Assembly: GCA_963823655.1 (NCBI GenBank)
Contig: CAWGMK010000010.1
Location: 288,001-352,000, forward strand
From: an uncultured Bacillota bacterium
GTDB lineage: Bacteria; Bacillota; DTU025; MWDF01
Direction: 5' to 3'
DNA length: 64,000 nt
Shown: in pieces, positions 60,249 to 64,000 of the stretch
Numbering within the stretch: position 1 is the stretch's first letter
Layout of the letters: each line of letters starts with the position of its first letter
Position numbers and translations under genes: made by a program
The notes under the pieces: generated by a model
The model's input: the letters and a program-made list of their open reading frames with translations, nothing else
Told to the model about the DNA's origin: nothing
The model's database searches: none

Positions 60249-61926
60249 TTATTTCTTGGGCAGTGCGAAGTAGTTGGCGTTCTTTTCAAGGCGGACATAC
60301 TCGCCGACCTTGTACTCCTTGAGGTTGAAGGGTCCGAGGCCGACCAGCTTGGTCATGCCGGCCACTGTTGGATGCGCTTCCTTCCAGGGCTCGAACGCGT
60401 TGAAATCCTTGACGTCCTTCCAGATGTGCTGGGGAAGTCCGCAAAGGTCGGCATTGTCGATGTTCCAGTAGCTCAGGTTGGAGAAGTACACCTTGGCGGT
60501 ATACTTGTCCGGCGTCTCTACCTTGACTACGTTCGCCACTGAAGACAAGTACCTGGGCGCCTTGTTGTCGCGCAGGATACTCGATGGTGAACTTAACGTC
60601 GGCCGAGGTGAACGGCACGCCGTCGGACCACTTTATGTCATCCCTGAGATGCCAGGTGATGAGTGTGCCGAACTGGCCGGGGGCTACCTGCCACTGGCCG
60701 ATCTCCCAGGACTTTGCCATCCACGGGATGTCTGCGGCGGTGACGGGGTCGATCTGCCTGAGGCCGCCCATGGGAGCTACGCGTCCGAGGACTTCCCACT
60801 CATATGCGGAGGAGCCTGTTACGGGGTTCAGGTTCTTGGGCTCTTCTGACAGCGCCCAACGGATGGTTCCGCCGGGGCCTACTACGCGCTCTATGTTAAG
60901 GGTGGTCCAGAGGTTGTTGTAGTTTGCGGCGCCGAAGCCGTTCATCGGTACCCAGCCCTTGACGATGTCCTTGCGGAAGCCGTCGATGTAAGGCCTGGAG
61001 TAGAGCGGTACGTACGGCATCAGGCGGGCGAGTATGAGCTGCGATGCGTCTGCAGCTGCCTTTGCGGTCTTGAGGTCGACCGGCGAATAGAGCTTCTCAA
61101 GCGCCTTGTCGAGCACTGCGTCGCGGATGCCGGGCCTGTTGTAACCGGCCTCGATATCCTGCGAGGAATGGAAGAAGTCATACAGGAAGTCAGGGTTCCT
61201 GCTAAGGCTCCATGCAAGTGCGAACATATCGAAATCGGCGACGTCGAGCTTGTCGAGCATCACGTTGAAGTCCATGGGCTCGTGCTTGGCGGGGATGCCG
61301 ATCGCGTTCATGGCTGCTACTATGATCCTGCCGATTTCGGCGGAGGTGGCTGCCACTTCGTAGGTGGGTGTGAAGAACTTGACTTCGCGCATCGTCTTGC
61401 CCGTTGTCGGGTCGATACGCTTGCCGTCCTTGCCTACTACATAACCGGCGGCGTCCAAAATCTGCTTGGCCTTCGTCGGGTTGTAGGGGTATACGGGGAC
61501 GTCCGACTTGAAGAAGGGGCTAGCTTGCGGGACGAAGCTGGTGAGAGGAAGCATATTGCCGGCGAACAGGGTGCGGATGATGTTGTCCCTGTCGACTATA
61601 TGGGCAATGGCCTGCCTTACTGCCAGGGCATTGAAAGGATCCTTCCTCATGTTGAAGGACATATAGAACATATGGTAGCCATAGTTCATATTGACCGCTG
61701 CATTGGAAAGGCCCTTGACCTTTGCGATGTCCGCTGCGGCTGTCAGGCCGGGGATCACCACTGTGTCTCCACGCTCGAAAGCGATTAACCTTGCCTGCTG
61801 TTCCTTGATGATCGGCATGATGATCTCGTCAACGCGGGGGCCCGTCTTCTCGTAGGCCAACGCGGCGACACCGACCATTGATACCATCATCACTGCCAGG
61901 GCGATGATTGCCAGTGTACGTCTCAC
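60249..61926 (-). CDS. oppA: Family-5 peptide ABC substrate-binding protein; frameshift near 60577
   Basis: AGGAGG RBS, signal peptide, VRQAIAHIVDR, KAKQILDAAG, PKNLNP, LRDDIKWSDGVPFTSADVKFT, VGLGPF. Confidence 0.88.
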
Positions 61927-62260
61927 TAAGATCTACCTCCTTATATGGATTGATACCCTAATAATCGGAAAACTGCGCCTTAATAGCCGGGCTGACCGGC
62001 CTTTTAAGTTTTGACTGAAAATTACGCTGCTATGTTTCAAATGAATTCGACGCTGTATATATGATTCCTTCTATAATTCTATGTTAATAGCGCAGATATA
62101 TCAAGATAAGGGAATGTCGAGGGGCCTCCTGCCACATGTATACAATATTCAGCATTGTATAGCTGAAACGCTTGGGAAATGACCTTTGTGCCCATTTTCT
62201 GCTATTATTTACTTATCACCCATGCTGCTCGAACGCTAGCTTCACGCGGGAGTGTGTTCA

Positions 62261-63724
62261 ATGTCTTCTTATGATGTGGCGGTAATCGGCGCCGGAATAT
62301 CAGGCTGTGCTGTCGCCAGGCAGCTTTCCATGTATAAACTCAGAGTGATCGTAATAGACGCGGAAGACGACGTGGCTTCGGGCACGACCAAGGCCAATAC
62401 AGCTATAGTGCACGCAGGCTATGACGCCAAGCCCGGAACCTGGAAGGCAGCCACCAACCTTGAGGGATCGAGGATGTATGAGGGGCTGTGCAGGCAGCTG
62501 GATGTGCCGTACTCGAAGACAGGCACCCTTGTTGTGGCGATAGATGCTGTCCAGGACGAAGCGGTAAGGCAGCTCAAAACCAGAGGAGAGATGAACGGTG
62601 TGCCCGGCCTTGAGGTGCTGGATTCTAAAAGGCTTCTGGAGATGGAGCCGAATATCAATCCTGCTGCTAAAAGCGCCCTGTTTGCGCCCACCGGGGCCTA
62701 CACTTGCCCCTGGGAGATGTGCATCGCGCTGATGGAAAACGCCGTGGAAAACGGCGTGGAGCTATTGCTGGGCGAGGAAGTGTTCGACATTGCCCAGATG
62801 GTTGACGGTTTCGATGTGATCCTCAAAGACAGGGCCTTGAAGGCTTCATTTATCGTAAATGCTGCAGGCTTGCACGCCGACAAAGTAGCCTCCATGGTTG
62901 GAGACCCGGGCTTCAGGATAGCCCCAAGAAGGGGCGAGTACTGGCTCTTCGACAAGAACCTGCAGGGAATTATTACAAGGCCCCTTTTCACCGCACCCAC
63001 GCCGATTTCCAAGGGAGTCGTAGTCACCCCGACGGCCGATGGCAACATCATGGCGGGGCCCAACGCGGAGAACATCGACGACCCCGATGATACATCAACG
63101 ACAGCCGAAGGCCTGGAGAAGGTATGGAACGATGCGCTTTCCCTGGTACCCTGCCTGCAGAGAAGGTCGGCTATTACGAATTTCGCTGGTTTGAGGGCCG
63201 CTTCATTCCCTCAGGCCGATTTCATAATCGGCCCGATGCCCTCGCAACCCAGGTTCTTCAACATCGCGGGCATCGAATCCCCAGGTTTGACTTCTGCGCC
63301 GGCGATTGCCGTGCGCGTCGCTGCCATGCTCAAGGAAGCAGGCCTCAATCTGGAAATGAAAGCGGGATGGAACCCCGAGAGGAAGGGCATGGTGCACTTC
63401 GCTCTGCTTGACCGCGAGCAGCAGGACGAGCTTGTCAGGCGCGACCACAGGTACGGGCATGTGGTGTGCAGGTGCGAGACCGTGACCGAAGGGGAGCTTA
63501 TCGCGGCCATGAACAGGCCTGTGCCGTGCAGGACGATGGACGGGCTCAAGCGCAGGACGCGCCTGGGGGCAGGGCGCTGCCAGGCGGGCTTCTGCAGCCC
63601 GAGGGCTTTAGGCATTGTATCCGAGCAGCTGGGAATACCGATAGGGGGCATCAGCAAGAATGGCGGGGGCTCGAACCTGGTGCTGGGCTTGCTGGGCGAG
63701 GAGGAGGGCCGCTCGAATGACTGA
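62261..63724 (+). CDS. FAD-dependent oxidoreductase, glycerol-3-phosphate dehydrogenase-like, with BFD-like [2Fe-2S] domain
   Basis: [48 protein letters not shown]. Confidence 0.88.
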   Translation: MSSYDVAVIGAGISGCAVARQLSMYKLRVIVIDAEDDVASGTTKANTAIVHAGYDAKPGTWKAATNLEGSRMYEGLCRQLDVPYSKTGTLVVAIDAVQDEAVRQLKTRGEMNGVPGLEVLDSKRLLEMEPNINPAAKSALFAPTGAYTCPWEMCIALMENAVENGVELLLGEEVFDIAQMVDGFDVILKDRALKASFIVNAAGLHADKVASMVGDPGFRIAPRRGEYWLFDKNLQGIITRPLFTAPTPISKGVVVTPTADGNIMAGPNAENIDDPDDTSTTAEGLEKVWNDALSLVPCLQRRSAITNFAGLRAASFPQADFIIGPMPSQPRFFNIAGIESPGLTSAPAIAVRVAAMLKEAGLNLEMKAGWNPERKGMVHFALLDREQQDELVRRDHRYGHVVCRCETVTEGELIAAMNRPVPCRTMDGLKRRTRLGAGRCQAGFCSPRALGIVSEQLGIPIGGISKNGGGSNLVLGLLGEEEGRSND

Positions 63725-64000
63725 GATCAAGGTTGATGTCGCCATCATCGGCGCCGGCCCCGCGGGCCTTGCTGCCGCCATAAAGGCCAGGCAAAGCGGC
63801 GCTTCCCGCGTACTTGTAATTGAAAGGGACAGGGAGCTTGGCGGGATACTCCAACAGTGCATCCATAACGGCTTCGGGCTTCACCTTTTCGGGACCGAGC
63901 TTACGGGGCCGGAGTATGCGTTCAGATTCATAGAGGAGGCCCAGGCAGCAGGCGTCGAGTTCATGCTTGATACCATGGTGCTGGAAGTATCGAAGGACAG
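63717..64000 (+). CDS. NAD(P)/FAD-dependent oxidoreductase, 5' part (runs off the window)
   Basis: GAGGAGG RBS; [18 protein letters not shown]...[19 protein letters not shown]...ELTGPEYA. Confidence 0.85.
   Translation, partial: MTEIKVDVAIIGAGPAGLAAAIKARQSGASRVLVIERDRELGGILQQCIHNGFGLHLFGTELTGPEYAFRFIEEAQAAGVEFMLDTMVLEVSKD

Noticed and set aside
1-64000. Genome-wide stop-codon reassignment
   Set aside because: TAA, TAG and TGA all terminate conserved genes at expected positions; only one internal TAG was found
62261-64000. G3P-dehydrogenase-like genes as part of the dha/cysteine locus
   Set aside because: 11 kb away behind unrelated operons, and this gene pair is common in anaerobes by itself

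Overview
A 64 kb bacterial chromosomal segment, probably from an anaerobic Bacillota-like organism. Its solute-binding proteins carry cleavable, non-lipoprotein signal peptides, which hints at a diderm envelope. The sequence has many single-base indels, even in fabF, so it looks like an unpolished long-read assembly and most apparent pseudogenes are probably artefacts. Layout: (1-15.7 kb) an accessory patchwork with an M4/M36-type metallopeptidase carrying an unusual C-terminus, an MFS pump, lipoproteins, an apbE + FMN-binding pair, a heterodimeric ABC exporter, an IS3-end remnant and small Cys-rich/MBL/CCG genes; cinA; a fatty-acid synthesis cluster (fabD / fabH-fabK-fabG-fabF-fabZ-acp) with FabT-like boxes and an ACP lacking its phosphopantetheine serine; a second IS3 remnant; an ABC-2 system; an aminotransferase; an uncharacterised GT-A-like protein next to a PPi-type PFK; a deformylase-racemase-AI-2E operon; and a second extracytosolic flavinylation locus. 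The most striking feature is a 12.8 kb, 14-gene locus (38.3-51.1 kb). It combines an XRE-cupin regulator, two different DhaK/DhaL pairs, a Liv-type amino-acid ABC importer, an ATC-hydrolase-family protein, a cysteine-desulfidase-family enzyme and its own DhaM/HPr/EI relay, and is a candidate undescribed catabolic pathway for a cysteine-triose conjugate. The window ends with a C69 peptidase, pfkA, msrAB, an opp/dpp operon and glycerol-3-phosphate-dehydrogenase-like flavoproteins. No rRNA, tRNA, CRISPR array or intact transposase was recognised. All family assignments come from motif recognition by eye, not database searches.
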